The notes beneath the pieces are model-generated. The model searched no databases and was not told where the DNA came from. It worked only from the letters and a program-made list of their open reading frames with translations. Shown here piece after piece: positions 7,609 through 14,692 of a DNA stretch of 41,345 nt. Location of the stretch: IMG/VR virus record IMGVR_UViG_3300038527_000002. One strand, given 5' to 3'. Within the stretch, counting starts at the first letter, position 1, and the number at the start of each line of letters is the position of its first letter. Made by a program: the position numbers and the translations under genes. Origin of the DNA: a virus.

Positions 7609-7970
7609 AACGGCATTTCGTCTTTACCCCCGATATGCTCTTTGTGATCGTCTTTGGATTTTAGTATCTCTATATTTTCAGCCACGATCTCGGTTATGTA
7701 GCGGGTTGTGCCGTCTTTCTCATAGGTTCTGTACGTCAGTTTCCCCTCAACAGCCACCGTTGTCCCTTTGTGGATATACTCCGATAGCGAAGCAAGCCCT
7801 CTCCAAGCGACAATGTTATGCCATTCGGTTCGGTCTTCAATCTTCTTTCCGTCTTTCGTGGTGAATCCACGCTCTGTTGTGGCGACAGAGAATTGCGCAA
7901 CCTTTGTTTCTCCTGCTACACGTATTTCAGGCTCTTTGCCCACGTTACCAATTAAAATTACTTTGTTCAT
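7605..7970 (-). CDS. ssb: Single-stranded DNA-binding protein
   Basis: OB-fold signature MNKVILIGNVGKEPEIR...TEWHNIVAWRGLA... and an acidic C-terminal tip ..GGKDEMPF. Confidence 0.9.
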   Translation of the reverse strand: MNKVILIGNVGKEPEIRVAGETKVAQFSVATTERGFTTKDGKKIEDRTEWHNIVAWRGLASLSEYIHKGTTVAVEGKLTYRTYEKDGTTRYITEIVAENIEILKSKDDHKEHIGGKDEMPF

Positions 7971-8101
7971 AGTCCCTTTTGTTTAGATGCGTATATTAAT
8001 AATAATTCATTGTATCGTTCATCCAGCAAGCTTTCGTCTGCTCCCTTTGCTACCCAGAGAAAAAACGGGTATATTTGCGGGTGGTACTCTGTTAATGTCA
8101 T
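7967..8101 (-). CDS. Small hypothetical protein (44 aa), below the ORF-track cutoff
   Basis: Hand translation MTLTEYHPQIYPFFLWVAKGADESLLDERYNELLLIYASKQKGL. ATGA overlaps at both ends fill the apparent gap 7971-8097. Confidence 0.4.
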   Translation of the reverse strand: MTLTEYHPQIYPFFLWVAKGADESLLDERYNELLLIYASKQKGL

Positions 8102-8316
8102 AATCCCAGTATATCCATAAGGTTATCAAGTATATCGCTGCCTTTCTCGTATATTGTGCTTTTTATCACGATATCGGCATTATTCAGCTTCTGTTGCCAC
8201 CATACCTTTAATTTCGCTTCCGCCTCTGCTCCGCTGTAACATCGCTTTACGATAGTTATCTTTTCTTCTCTACGGCCATTGTGCCTCAGGTCGTAGGTTA
8301 TTCTGTAAGCTCCCAT
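8098..8316 (-). CDS. Hypothetical protein
   Basis: 72-aa ORF in the co-directional early gene train. Confidence 0.55.
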   Translation of the reverse strand: MGAYRITYDLRHNGRREEKITIVKRCYSGAEAEAKLKVWWQQKLNNADIVIKSTIYEKGSDILDNLMDILGL

Positions 8317-8582
8317 TTATGTTCAATGCTAAAGTAACTATCCAATATTAGCTGTCCCTGCTTGGCCAGCTCCATAAACAACTGCTCATCCACATCAAAT
8401 GGCCTGTTGCCGACGAAGTGCAAATCGTATCCCTCGCTGTCTTTAGTCCAATAAGCTAAAGTATAACAGCTTGCTTCATCTTCCCATTTTACGATTTCTG
8501 CTTTGGTATGATCTCCCCCTGAAAGCAAATTTTCATTACAGCTCCTGACCTCTAAGCTGTCTATTCTAATATTAAATTTCAT
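8298..8582 (-). CDS. Hypothetical protein
   Basis: 94-aa ORF in the co-directional early gene train. Confidence 0.55.
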   Translation of the reverse strand: MKFNIRIDSLEVRSCNENLLSGGDHTKAEIVKWEDEASCYTLAYWTKDSEGYDLHFVGNRPFDVDEQLFMELAKQGQLILDSYFSIEHKWELTE

Positions 8583-8613
8583 AGCTATATTAATTGTAAT
8601 CTGTTATCGGCAA

Positions 8614-9363
8614 TTAAAGAGAGCCGAACCACTCATTCATAGTTTTACCACTTAGCCACCAATCCATTGCTTTTTGACTATCGCAATTTGAAAGTTGAGT
8701 TAGTTTCCATTGTGGATTGTTATTCATTCCTTTTTGAATTGCTTTTTTGATTGCGTGATAATATTTTGGATATAATTCAAATTCTTTTTCACGGTGTCTT
8801 TTTCTACTCACTAAAGGGCAACCGACACACCCAAGCCGTTTTAATCCTAAATTATAAGCTGGTGCAAGTTGTATGTTATTTTCTTTAATGTAATTCCAAA
8901 TATCTTCATCAGTCCAATCGTATAATGGATAAATGTGTTGGCTTCCTTTTTGCCATTTACGATTATCACATTGTATGTAATCTCGCCCTTGCCTTTTTCT
9001 ACTTTCAGCACTTCTTACTCCTTCAAAAACTATTTTACCAACACTTCCATATTCTTTTAGCCTTTCACAGCAATAACGATTCAACCTTGTTGGTAATCCT
9101 TTTTTTTCAACCAATTCATAAAAAGTCAGTTTCGGTTGCAGTATTTCAGTATGAGGGTAATTTTCCCTTATATGTCTTATAGTTCCTATCGGGTCAATAG
9201 TCGTATTCGTGTAATAGCTTTTGTATTCTATTCCACTTTTTTGCAATAAGCAGTCAAGAACCGCACTATCTTTTCCACCGCTATTTCCAGCATATAATTG
9301 TTGTCCTTTATAGCTTTCAGCTACTTTTCGGATAAATTCGATTGATTTTTCTTCTAAATTCAT
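8614..9363 (-). CDS. PAPS reductase / DndC-like PP-loop ATPase family protein (candidate nucleic-acid modification enzyme)
   Basis: PP-loop SGGKDS (..AGNSGGKDSAVLD..), a CC-x3-K motif (RYCCERLKEYG) and a C-terminal Cys pair (LGCVGCPL), as in the phage PAPS-reductase/DndC/IbrA-like family. Confidence 0.75.
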   Translation of the reverse strand: MNLEEKSIEFIRKVAESYKGQQLYAGNSGGKDSAVLDCLLQKSGIEYKSYYTNTTIDPIGTIRHIRENYPHTEILQPKLTFYELVEKKGLPTRLNRYCCERLKEYGSVGKIVFEGVRSAESRKRQGRDYIQCDNRKWQKGSQHIYPLYDWTDEDIWNYIKENNIQLAPAYNLGLKRLGCVGCPLVSRKRHREKEFELYPKYYHAIKKAIQKGMNNNPQWKLTQLSNCDSQKAMDWWLSGKTMNEWFGSL

Positions 9364-9378
9364 AAATAAAGATTAAAA

Positions 9379-9477
9379 GCCGATAACACGGGCTATATTT
9401 AATTTTTGCCTAATAAAGTTTCGTTCAAATGATGGAGTTTCTGCAAGGCAAAAACTAAAACATAGCCCCATCGTTAT
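9379..9477 (-). repeat. Structured intergenic repeat H1 (long imperfect hairpin with GATAAC/GTTATCGGC-type ends, followed by a U-tract in sense orientation)
   Basis: Arms 9390-9410 and 9447-9468 are complementary. The two transitions give G:U only on the minus (sense) strand. The sense 3' end is GTGTTATCGGCTTTTAATCTTTATTT followed by the ATG of 8614..9363. Confidence 0.65.
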
Positions 9478-9819
9478 TCATAAAACACCATTTTCCGTCA
9501 CTTCCTCCCTTATCTCAAAATAATAGTGCCCTCCGACTCTCCACATATTATAAGACATAAAGCAATTGGTTAGGTATATGTTGCCTATTATTGCCCGTAT
9601 AATATCCTCATTCCCGCTCCACCCTAAGGTATGTAGCTCCAATCTTCTTGTGCCTTTATATTTTCTCGTTAAACGATACCCTATACTCCCGTAATACCAA
9701 GTCTCGCAAATCAACTTAACAAAGTCCATTATCGGCATTGTGTCTCCCTTGTAATCTCGGATAAATTGCAAGTATTCCTCAGTGGGATATCCAGAATTGT
9801 CTAATAGTCTCTCATTCAT
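9478..9819 (-). CDS. Hypothetical protein
   Basis: 113-aa ORF on the early strand. Confidence 0.6.
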   Translation of the reverse strand: MNERLLDNSGYPTEEYLQFIRDYKGDTMPIMDFVKLICETWYYGSIGYRLTRKYKGTRRLELHTLGWSGNEDIIRAIIGNIYLTNCFMSYNMWRVGGHYYFEIREEVTENGVL

Positions 9820-10017
9820 TTCTACTCTTTATCATACATAGCCGACTTGTCAGCTTAATACTGACTTTCCAACTATATCACATAACGTATAATATCGCTT
9901 CCACTACCATGATTATACGCAATAACGTACAATATTACGTGCGAAAAGTGTGTAAAATGTCCATTATTCTGTACGAAAAGTGTGTTTTGTGTGCAAAATA
10001 ACATCAACACTATTCCA
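9820..10017 (-). promoter_or_regulatory. 198-nt non-coding spacer with two pairs of direct repeats and a near-consensus -7 box (candidate internal promoter/operator region)
   Basis: cgaaaagtgtgt at 9943-9954 and 9975-9986. ataacgta(t/c)aatat at 9883-9896 and 9923-9936. The sense-strand TTATTTTG (plus-strand 9995-10002) differs by one base from TAnnTTTG. Confidence 0.4.
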
Positions 10018-10218
10018 TTACATCAACTCGTCAACATCAATGTGATACTCTTCGAGCAGCTTGTTAATCTTTTCCCACGCTGGCCTATAATCATAGTCGG
10101 TGTGCTTGAAATCCCGCCAACCGTTCATAACCAGCTCCCAAATAAAATTAGCCATATCGTCAGCTTTCGACCAACGATTAATCTCTTTCGGGTCTTCGGA
10201 TATAAATACTGCTTTCAT
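10018..10218 (-). CDS. Hypothetical protein
   Basis: 66-aa ORF with an ATGA-type overlap to the downstream gene. Confidence 0.55.
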   Translation of the reverse strand: MKAVFISEDPKEINRWSKADDMANFIWELVMNGWRDFKHTDYDYRPAWEKINKLLEEYHIDVDELM

Positions 10219-11216
10219 GCCGGATAATGTTTCTTGTCGATAAATCTACGGTTTATTACCTCAAATTCCCCTGAGGCATCACGCTCCGCCCGGGCAAAGC
10301 CCAGGTTCCAATTGTTCATCGGGTTATAACGCGGGTGCAAATGGCAAAGGCAGCCTATTGTCCACGAGCCATAAGCCTTGCCGTTAATGTTCTGCCGAAA
10401 GACACTCTGCGAAACGTGAGAGTGTGCCGAAAGGACATTATCAAACGTCTTATTTAGCCTGTTGTAGGCTATGTGAACGCCTCCTCCATAATATTCGTGC
10501 CCGTGAATAATGTTTAGCTTACCAAAATGAATATGCTGCCAATCATGGATAATATCTACCGTTGAGCGGTCAAACATCAGATAATCGGAATAAGTGGCGA
10601 AGTCTAACTCGAAGAATCTGTCTTTGATAAACTTTTCCCTTCTTATGTCGTGATTACCCATTTTTAGGAAAACCTTGCCAAACGTATCTTGCAGGATTTG
10701 GAGAACATCAACGCCCCATTCCTTTTCATCCATTACTTTATCAATAGTTAGCGGGTCTTTCGAGAATTTTGAGAATTGGTAAAAGTCCATAAAATCCCCG
10801 TTAATGATAACCGAATCACATCCGTGTTTTACCCCGTCTTCTATTGCTGCCATTACAGCCCATTTCTCCCAAAAGATGGAATGTAGGTCAGCAATAATCA
10901 AAGGCTTTTTGTACTGTTTTGGTATGATAAACGGCTCCCCTGTGATCTCCTCGTTATACCCATTAGAAACAAGGGCGAAACGGCTGGCTATGTCGCTATA
11001 TTTCTCGTAAAAATCCCCCTTTCCTTTCGATTGAGTGATCACCCGAATATAGGTTCGCACCGCCTCTACGTCCTCGAATAGGTCGGGATGCTCTGCCGAT
11101 ATAACCTTTGCGATAAACTTCTTCGAGTACCCACAATGGTTTTTTATCCCAAGCTCGATATACTTTTCTATATACCCTTTTACAAGGTCAATCTTTGTAC
11201 GGTTCGTTTGTTTCAT
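10215..11216 (-). CDS. Calcineurin-like metallophosphoesterase (Mre11/SbcD- or Ser/Thr-phosphatase-like)
   Basis: Ordered motifs DLH (IIADLHS), GD (NGDFMD), GNHD (MGNHDI), GH (IHGHEY) and HxH-like (SAHSHV). Confidence 0.8.
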   Translation of the reverse strand: MKQTNRTKIDLVKGYIEKYIELGIKNHCGYSKKFIAKVISAEHPDLFEDVEAVRTYIRVITQSKGKGDFYEKYSDIASRFALVSNGYNEEITGEPFIIPKQYKKPLIIADLHSIFWEKWAVMAAIEDGVKHGCDSVIINGDFMDFYQFSKFSKDPLTIDKVMDEKEWGVDVLQILQDTFGKVFLKMGNHDIRREKFIKDRFFELDFATYSDYLMFDRSTVDIIHDWQHIHFGKLNIIHGHEYYGGGVHIAYNRLNKTFDNVLSAHSHVSQSVFRQNINGKAYGSWTIGCLCHLHPRYNPMNNWNLGFARAERDASGEFEVINRRFIDKKHYPA

Positions 11217-11352
11217 AGTATAAGTGTATTGTGTGCCCGTGTTTATCTTCGAGCATTTTGCGCACCTTCTCTATGTCATCGGTCTTTATATCAACCCTTA
11301 TGTTCTGAATTGTGCCGTTCTTAACAGCATAGCGGTAGATTCTATATTTCAT
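11188..11352 (-). CDS. Small hypothetical protein (54 aa), below the ORF-track cutoff
   Basis: Hand translation MKYRIYRYAVKNGTIQNIRVDIKTDDIEKVRKMLEDKHGHTIHLYYETNEPYKD. It fills the 125-nt gap between flanking genes. Confidence 0.4.
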   Translation of the reverse strand: MKYRIYRYAVKNGTIQNIRVDIKTDDIEKVRKMLEDKHGHTIHLYYETNEPYKD

Positions 11353-11641
11353 TTTTCAGGAATTTAAGAAACATCCCCTCTTTAAGAACAGCGCAAAGTG
11401 CCATTCCCGTGCCCATAAAATTCGCGTCTGGAATATTTGTTCCCTCTCCGTTCCTTAAACATTGCTTCAAGATATAAAGATGCTTGAAAAATACCAATAC
11501 CTTGTACCCGTTGATCGTTTCGGCCATTCCCTCCGTTCCGTTACGAAAGAGGATATAAATCCCCTGCTTTCGTGGCTCAAGGCTCTTTATTGCGCTTGGG
11601 CGGACATTCTCATAATCGCCCGTGATGTACTTAATTGTCAT
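11342..11641 (-). CDS. Hypothetical protein
   Basis: 99-aa ORF in the early gene train. Confidence 0.55.
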   Translation of the reverse strand: MTIKYITGDYENVRPSAIKSLEPRKQGIYILFRNGTEGMAETINGYKVLVFFKHLYILKQCLRNGEGTNIPDANFMGTGMALCAVLKEGMFLKFLKNEI

Positions 11642-11921
11642 AGACCTTTTTTATTAAATTGATAGTTTCTGTTGTCATCATCTGGTCGGGGGTGAATCTT
11701 AAAACCCTCCAACCCATTGACACGGCAAGGTTATATTTTTCCATATCCGATATATACCCCTTTGGTCGTGTGTGCCTTCCGTTTGTCCATGCTCCGCCCT
11801 CCTGCTCTATGGCTATTTTTTTGGAGGGAATAGCGTAATCGAATCGGAATCTTCGTATCGGGTGGAATCGGTACTCTCGTTCACACTCGCCGAACATTTG
11901 CTTTAAGAGTGTTGCAAACAT
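11631..11921 (-). CDS. DUF559/Vsr-like PD-(D/E)XK endonuclease-fold protein
   Basis: ..RFRFDYAIPSKKIAIEQEGGAW...GWRVLRFTPDQ.. matches the D..(E/D)xE/K core of DUF559/Vsr-like nucleases. The start was moved to Met 11921 to limit overlap with the upstream gene. Confidence 0.5.
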   Translation of the reverse strand: MFATLLKQMFGECEREYRFHPIRRFRFDYAIPSKKIAIEQEGGAWTNGRHTRPKGYISDMEKYNLAVSMGWRVLRFTPDQMMTTETINLIKKVYDN

Positions 11922-12127
11922 AGCTCTGTAAATATATCCGTTCGGTAGTGTTCGTTCAGTAGGTCGGCAATAAACCGCGCCATTCCATTCTCTCCGCATT
12001 CAACGTAAGAGTGTGCAAGGTCAATCGTTTCCTGCACATTTTTATCGTTCAATATGTTTATTAATTCCTCTGATTTGTCTATCCAGGGTTGGAATAATTC
12101 GTGAATGTATTGTTCAATCGTTTTCAT
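11903..12127 (-). CDS. Hypothetical protein
   Basis: ORF 11903..12178. The ATG at 12127 (MKTIEQYIHELF..) avoids a 41-nt overlap with the upstream gene. Confidence 0.5.
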   Translation of the reverse strand: MKTIEQYIHELFQPWIDKSEELINILNDKNVQETIDLAHSYVECGENGMARFIADLLNEHYRTDIFTELCLQHS

Positions 12128-12137
12128 AGTTTTAGAT

Positions 12138-12437
12138 TTAAACTCCGAAATATCTGAATATTTCCTCAGACTTCGCAAATTCCTTAACTTTAATTATAAT
12201 ATTTAACATTCCAGACCTGAAATCCTTGTCGTTGTCGTAGCGATTATGACATGCTCTACACATACGAACAATGTTTTTCGGCTCGGTATAATACTGTGGG
12301 AAGATGCTTTTTGGCAGCAGGTGAGCCGCATCTCCCGTGCAAGGTTGTCCGCAAATGAAGCAGACTTTGGGTAAATTGCGCTTTATCTCGGCAATCGCTC
12401 TGTTCTTTTCCGCCTGTGATTTTGATACCCGTTTCAT
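12138..12437 (-). CDS. HNH / NinG(Rap)-like endonuclease
   Basis: CFICGQPCTGDAAHLLPKS...N..RMCRACHNRYD shows Cys pairs and a His-Asn-His arrangement typical of HNH/NinG proteins. Confidence 0.5.
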   Translation of the reverse strand: MKRVSKSQAEKNRAIAEIKRNLPKVCFICGQPCTGDAAHLLPKSIFPQYYTEPKNIVRMCRACHNRYDNDKDFRSGMLNIIIKVKEFAKSEEIFRYFGV

Positions 12438-12499
12438 AAGCTAAAAAGTAGGGCAAGCAAAAGAATGATGATGATGATGATAATGTACAGCCGTTTCAT
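12434..12499 (-). CDS. Micro-ORF, 21-aa hydrophobic peptide (MKRLYIIIIIIILLLALLFSL)
   Basis: ATGA overlaps at both ends. The poly-Ile run is encoded by the (ATG)5 microsatellite at 12465-12479 read on the minus strand. Confidence 0.3.
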   Translation of the reverse strand: MKRLYIIIIIIILLLALLFSL

Positions 12500-12615
12500 A
12501 TCAAAGATATTAGCGTGATTAATATTGCCGCCATAACAGTACCGAAGACCACTATTACAAAGCAGCCCAAAAGAAATCGGCGGTTGTTTTCTTCGTTTTT
12601 ATACCATTCTTTCAT
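12496..12615 (-). CDS. Micro-ORF, 39-aa single-TM peptide
   Basis: MKEWYKNEENNRRFLLGCFVIVVFGTVMAAILITLISLI, with ATGA overlaps at both ends. Confidence 0.35.
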   Translation of the reverse strand: MKEWYKNEENNRRFLLGCFVIVVFGTVMAAILITLISLI

Positions 12616-12824
12616 AGCGATATGTCTAAGTTTACATCGAAGATTAAGTCCACAAGCTCACCGTTTTCGTGAACCTCTGTTGTGTCAACATTTACATAAA
12701 TCATCTGAATCTCTTTGTTGTTCTTGTAAAAACCCGAAAGGATTTCACCGATTTTTCTTTCTACCTCTTTTTTTTCTTTTAGCAGGCCTTGCACTGTCTT
12801 CGTAGATTCCTTCTCTGTGTCCAT
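12612..12824 (-). CDS. Hypothetical protein
   Basis: 70-aa ORF preceded by the repeated leader 12825-12907. Confidence 0.55.
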   Translation of the reverse strand: MDTEKESTKTVQGLLKEKKEVERKIGEILSGFYKNNKEIQMIYVNVDTTEVHENGELVDLIFDVNLDISL

Positions 12825-12907
12825 AGTTGCGTTTATTTAATTAACATTGGTTTAATATTGTTTTGCCCTGTTAGTGGGCTTTGAGCCTTATTGCTATTAT
12901 TTGGGTG
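12825..12907 (-). repeat. Repeated intergenic leader, family B copy 1
   Basis: ~80% identical over ~85 nt to 16783-16874 (ttgcgtttatttaattaa..gtttaatatt..tttgccctg..hairpin..ttattg.tattatttgggtgtt). It fills the whole spacer upstream of an ATG. Confidence 0.7.
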
Positions 12908-13264
12908 TTATGCCCCATTGTAAGAAAACAGCGCACAATAAAAATCTGCCTCAGTTTCTATATCATTGACATAACCACCATCCCATCCGAGATGTAAATT
13001 TATACTTACTTTATCTGTTTTATTAAGTTTATCACAATCCCCTTCATTCACTGAATGCTCATAAAATGTTGTTTGTTTCCAAAATTTGCATAATGAACAA
13101 CGGGGCATAACACCATGTATAGCCAATAAAGGCTGTTGCGGTGTTTCAAGTGTATTGCTTTCTATTTTCTTTGTCATATCTTGATAAGTTTTCGTTATTA
13201 ATCCTTTACTGGCCATACATTTAACGTTAGCGGTAATGCTGCCAAAATCGTTCAATAGCAACAC
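12908..13264 (-). CDS. Hypothetical Cys-rich protein
   Basis: 118-aa ORF. The alternative start at 13216 (MASKGL..) would remove the overlap with the upstream gene. Confidence 0.55.
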   Translation of the reverse strand: MLLLNDFGSITANVKCMASKGLITKTYQDMTKKIESNTLETPQQPLLAIHGVMPRCSLCKFWKQTTFYEHSVNEGDCDKLNKTDKVSINLHLGWDGGYVNDIETEADFYCALFSYNGA

Positions 13265-13526
13265 ACTCTATACTAAATTCATATTTGTTGTTCATTTTTA
13301 TCCACGCCCACCCTTTTTGTATTTTTAATATTTCTAATGTGTCTATTTGTGGCTCAAAGGGGTTTAATGTGTCGTATTTAATCCATATTTGCCCAACCTC
13401 GCATTTAGGCGAAAAAACATAGCTTCTATTACTTGAAGGTAATTCGCAAGAATAAAAAGCACATACCGCTAACAAGCAATATAAAAAATGCCTGTTTCGG
13501 TGCAAATTTGAAAGTAAGTGTTTCAT
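13227..13526 (-). CDS. Putative lipoprotein / secreted small protein
   Basis: N-terminus MKHLLSNLHRNRHFLYCLLAVCAFYSC is hydrophobic and followed by Cys. Its 5' end lies inside repeat H2'. Confidence 0.5.
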   Translation of the reverse strand: MKHLLSNLHRNRHFLYCLLAVCAFYSCELPSSNRSYVFSPKCEVGQIWIKYDTLNPFEPQIDTLEILKIQKGWAWIKMNNKYEFSIECVAIERFWQHYR

Positions 13527-13598
13527 ATTAAATTATTTAAAATTTGATAAATTTGTTCTTTGAATACGGCACTTTTCATATTGCCAACCGTTATCGGC
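13466..13598 (-). repeat. Structured intergenic repeat H2' (expanded copy downstream of the ASCH-like gene)
   Basis: Arms gcaatataaaaaatgcc (13476-13492) and ggcacttttcatattgc (13568-13584), with terminal gttatcggc at 13590-13598 abutting the stop at 13602. Homologous to H2. Confidence 0.6.
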
Positions 13599-13601
13599 AA
13601 C

Positions 13602-14036
13602 CTAAAAGACAGTGCTACCATCATCATTTGCAGTTAACTCAAAGTTTTTCCAAAATATTATTTTCCCGAAATATTGTTTATCTGGATTGTCAAACCATAA
13701 TTTCATTTGCGACCAATTATCAAATCCATCGTTTTCAGCTAAAGCATTCAGTTCGTTTTCTGACTTTAAAATAATATCATCGCCAATATATACAATGTCA
13801 TTTTGCCAATCTTCAGGCACGGCAAAATCCATTCTAATAGTTTCAACCCGTGAGCATTCTCCGATTCCAAATTGATAAGGTTTTGTTTTTCCTCTCGTAT
13901 TTCGTGGATTACCTAACCAAAAGTGAATTTTATTTCCAACTTTCCATCGGTTAGTTTTATCATCTCGAATAGTGTGTACTTTTATTCCACTTCGTATTCG
14001 GTTTCTAAATTCTGTTTTTGAAAATGTTAAAAGCAT
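13602..14036 (-). CDS. ASCH-domain-like protein
   Basis: N-terminal ..GIKVHTIRDDKTNRWKVGNKIHFW.. resembles the ASCH beta-barrel signature. This is a weak call made by eye. Confidence 0.45.
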   Translation of the reverse strand: MLLTFSKTEFRNRIRSGIKVHTIRDDKTNRWKVGNKIHFWLGNPRNTRGKTKPYQFGIGECSRVETIRMDFAVPEDWQNDIVYIGDDIILKSENELNALAENDGFDNWSQMKLWFDNPDKQYFGKIIFWKNFELTANDDGSTVF

Positions 14037-14079
14037 TATTTAAGTTTTTAAGTGAATAATTAAATTAAGAATAAAGGCA

Positions 14080-14176
14080 GCCGATAACACGCAATATAAA
14101 AAATTGGCTATCAAACTGCGGTGGTAAATTGAAAGTGACTACAAAGCCAACTTTTCATATTGCCAGCCGTTATTGC
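14080..14176 (-). repeat. Structured intergenic repeat H2 (upstream of the ASCH-like gene)
   Basis: gccgataac at 14080-14088. Arms 14091-14109 and 14145-14163 are complementary with two G:U pairs on the sense strand only. gttattgc at 14169-14176. Confidence 0.65.
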
Positions 14177-14247
14177 ATATAATTCGCTCAATAAATGATA
14201 CATCATACGCAAAAGCATATAAAAAACCACACACAAATATCAAAATT

Positions 14248-14469
14248 CTAGCATTTCCTGTAAATCGAAGCCTCACTATTTGAGCAGGTATAGTTTACAA
14301 GCCCTTTGGCTCGCAATTCCCTCAGTTTCCTTAGTATCGTTCCATCCATACACATCGGACGGCCTAAGATTTGTTTCACTTTGCTACAAAACAGCGGGGC
14401 ATAAATCACATTCTCCGATTCTTCAAAAGCCTTTAGCGTGGCTTTGCTGACGCTCATTGTTCCTTTCAT
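14248..14469 (-). CDS. Hypothetical protein (possible winged-helix)
   Basis: 73-aa ORF with ..ILRKLRELRAKGLV.. Confidence 0.5.
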   Translation of the reverse strand: MKGTMSVSKATLKAFEESENVIYAPLFCSKVKQILGRPMCMDGTILRKLRELRAKGLVNYTCSNSEASIYRKC

Positions 14470-14692
14470 AGTTGAGTTGTTTTGGTGGTTGTGTTGAGTT
14501 AAATATTCTTCTTACTAAATATCCCCTAAGAATTGATGCTATCGTAAATACAAATGTAATTATTATATTTTGATGAAAATTTACAGGTATTCCCATTATT
14601 GGATAAATTAATAGCTGTATTAAAAGGCTTATAACAAAACCAGATATTGTATTTGTAATGCTTTCAATTAGGCTGTTTTTCTTTGTCTGCAT
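14423..14692 (-). CDS. Small membrane protein (two TM helices)
   Basis: ISGFVISLLIQLLIYPIMGI and IIITFVFTIASILRGYL. One-nt overlap with the methyltransferase stop. Confidence 0.55.
   Translation of the reverse strand: MQTKKNSLIESITNTISGFVISLLIQLLIYPIMGIPVNFHQNIIITFVFTIASILRGYLVRRIFNSTQPPKQLNYERNNERQQSHAKGF

Noticed and set aside
9896-9936. Sigma70-like TATAAT boxes in the 9820-10017 spacer (cgtataat on the sense strand)
   Set aside because: No acceptable -35 element lies at 16-18 nt spacing, and the inferred Bacteroidota host uses TTTG / TAnnTTTG promoters. These boxes were not called.
12515-12805. Plus-strand 96-aa ORF in the leftward early arm
   Set aside because: It is opposite to all neighbours and overlaps the minus-strand ORF 12612..12824 and the two coupled micro-ORFs. 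It has no start context.
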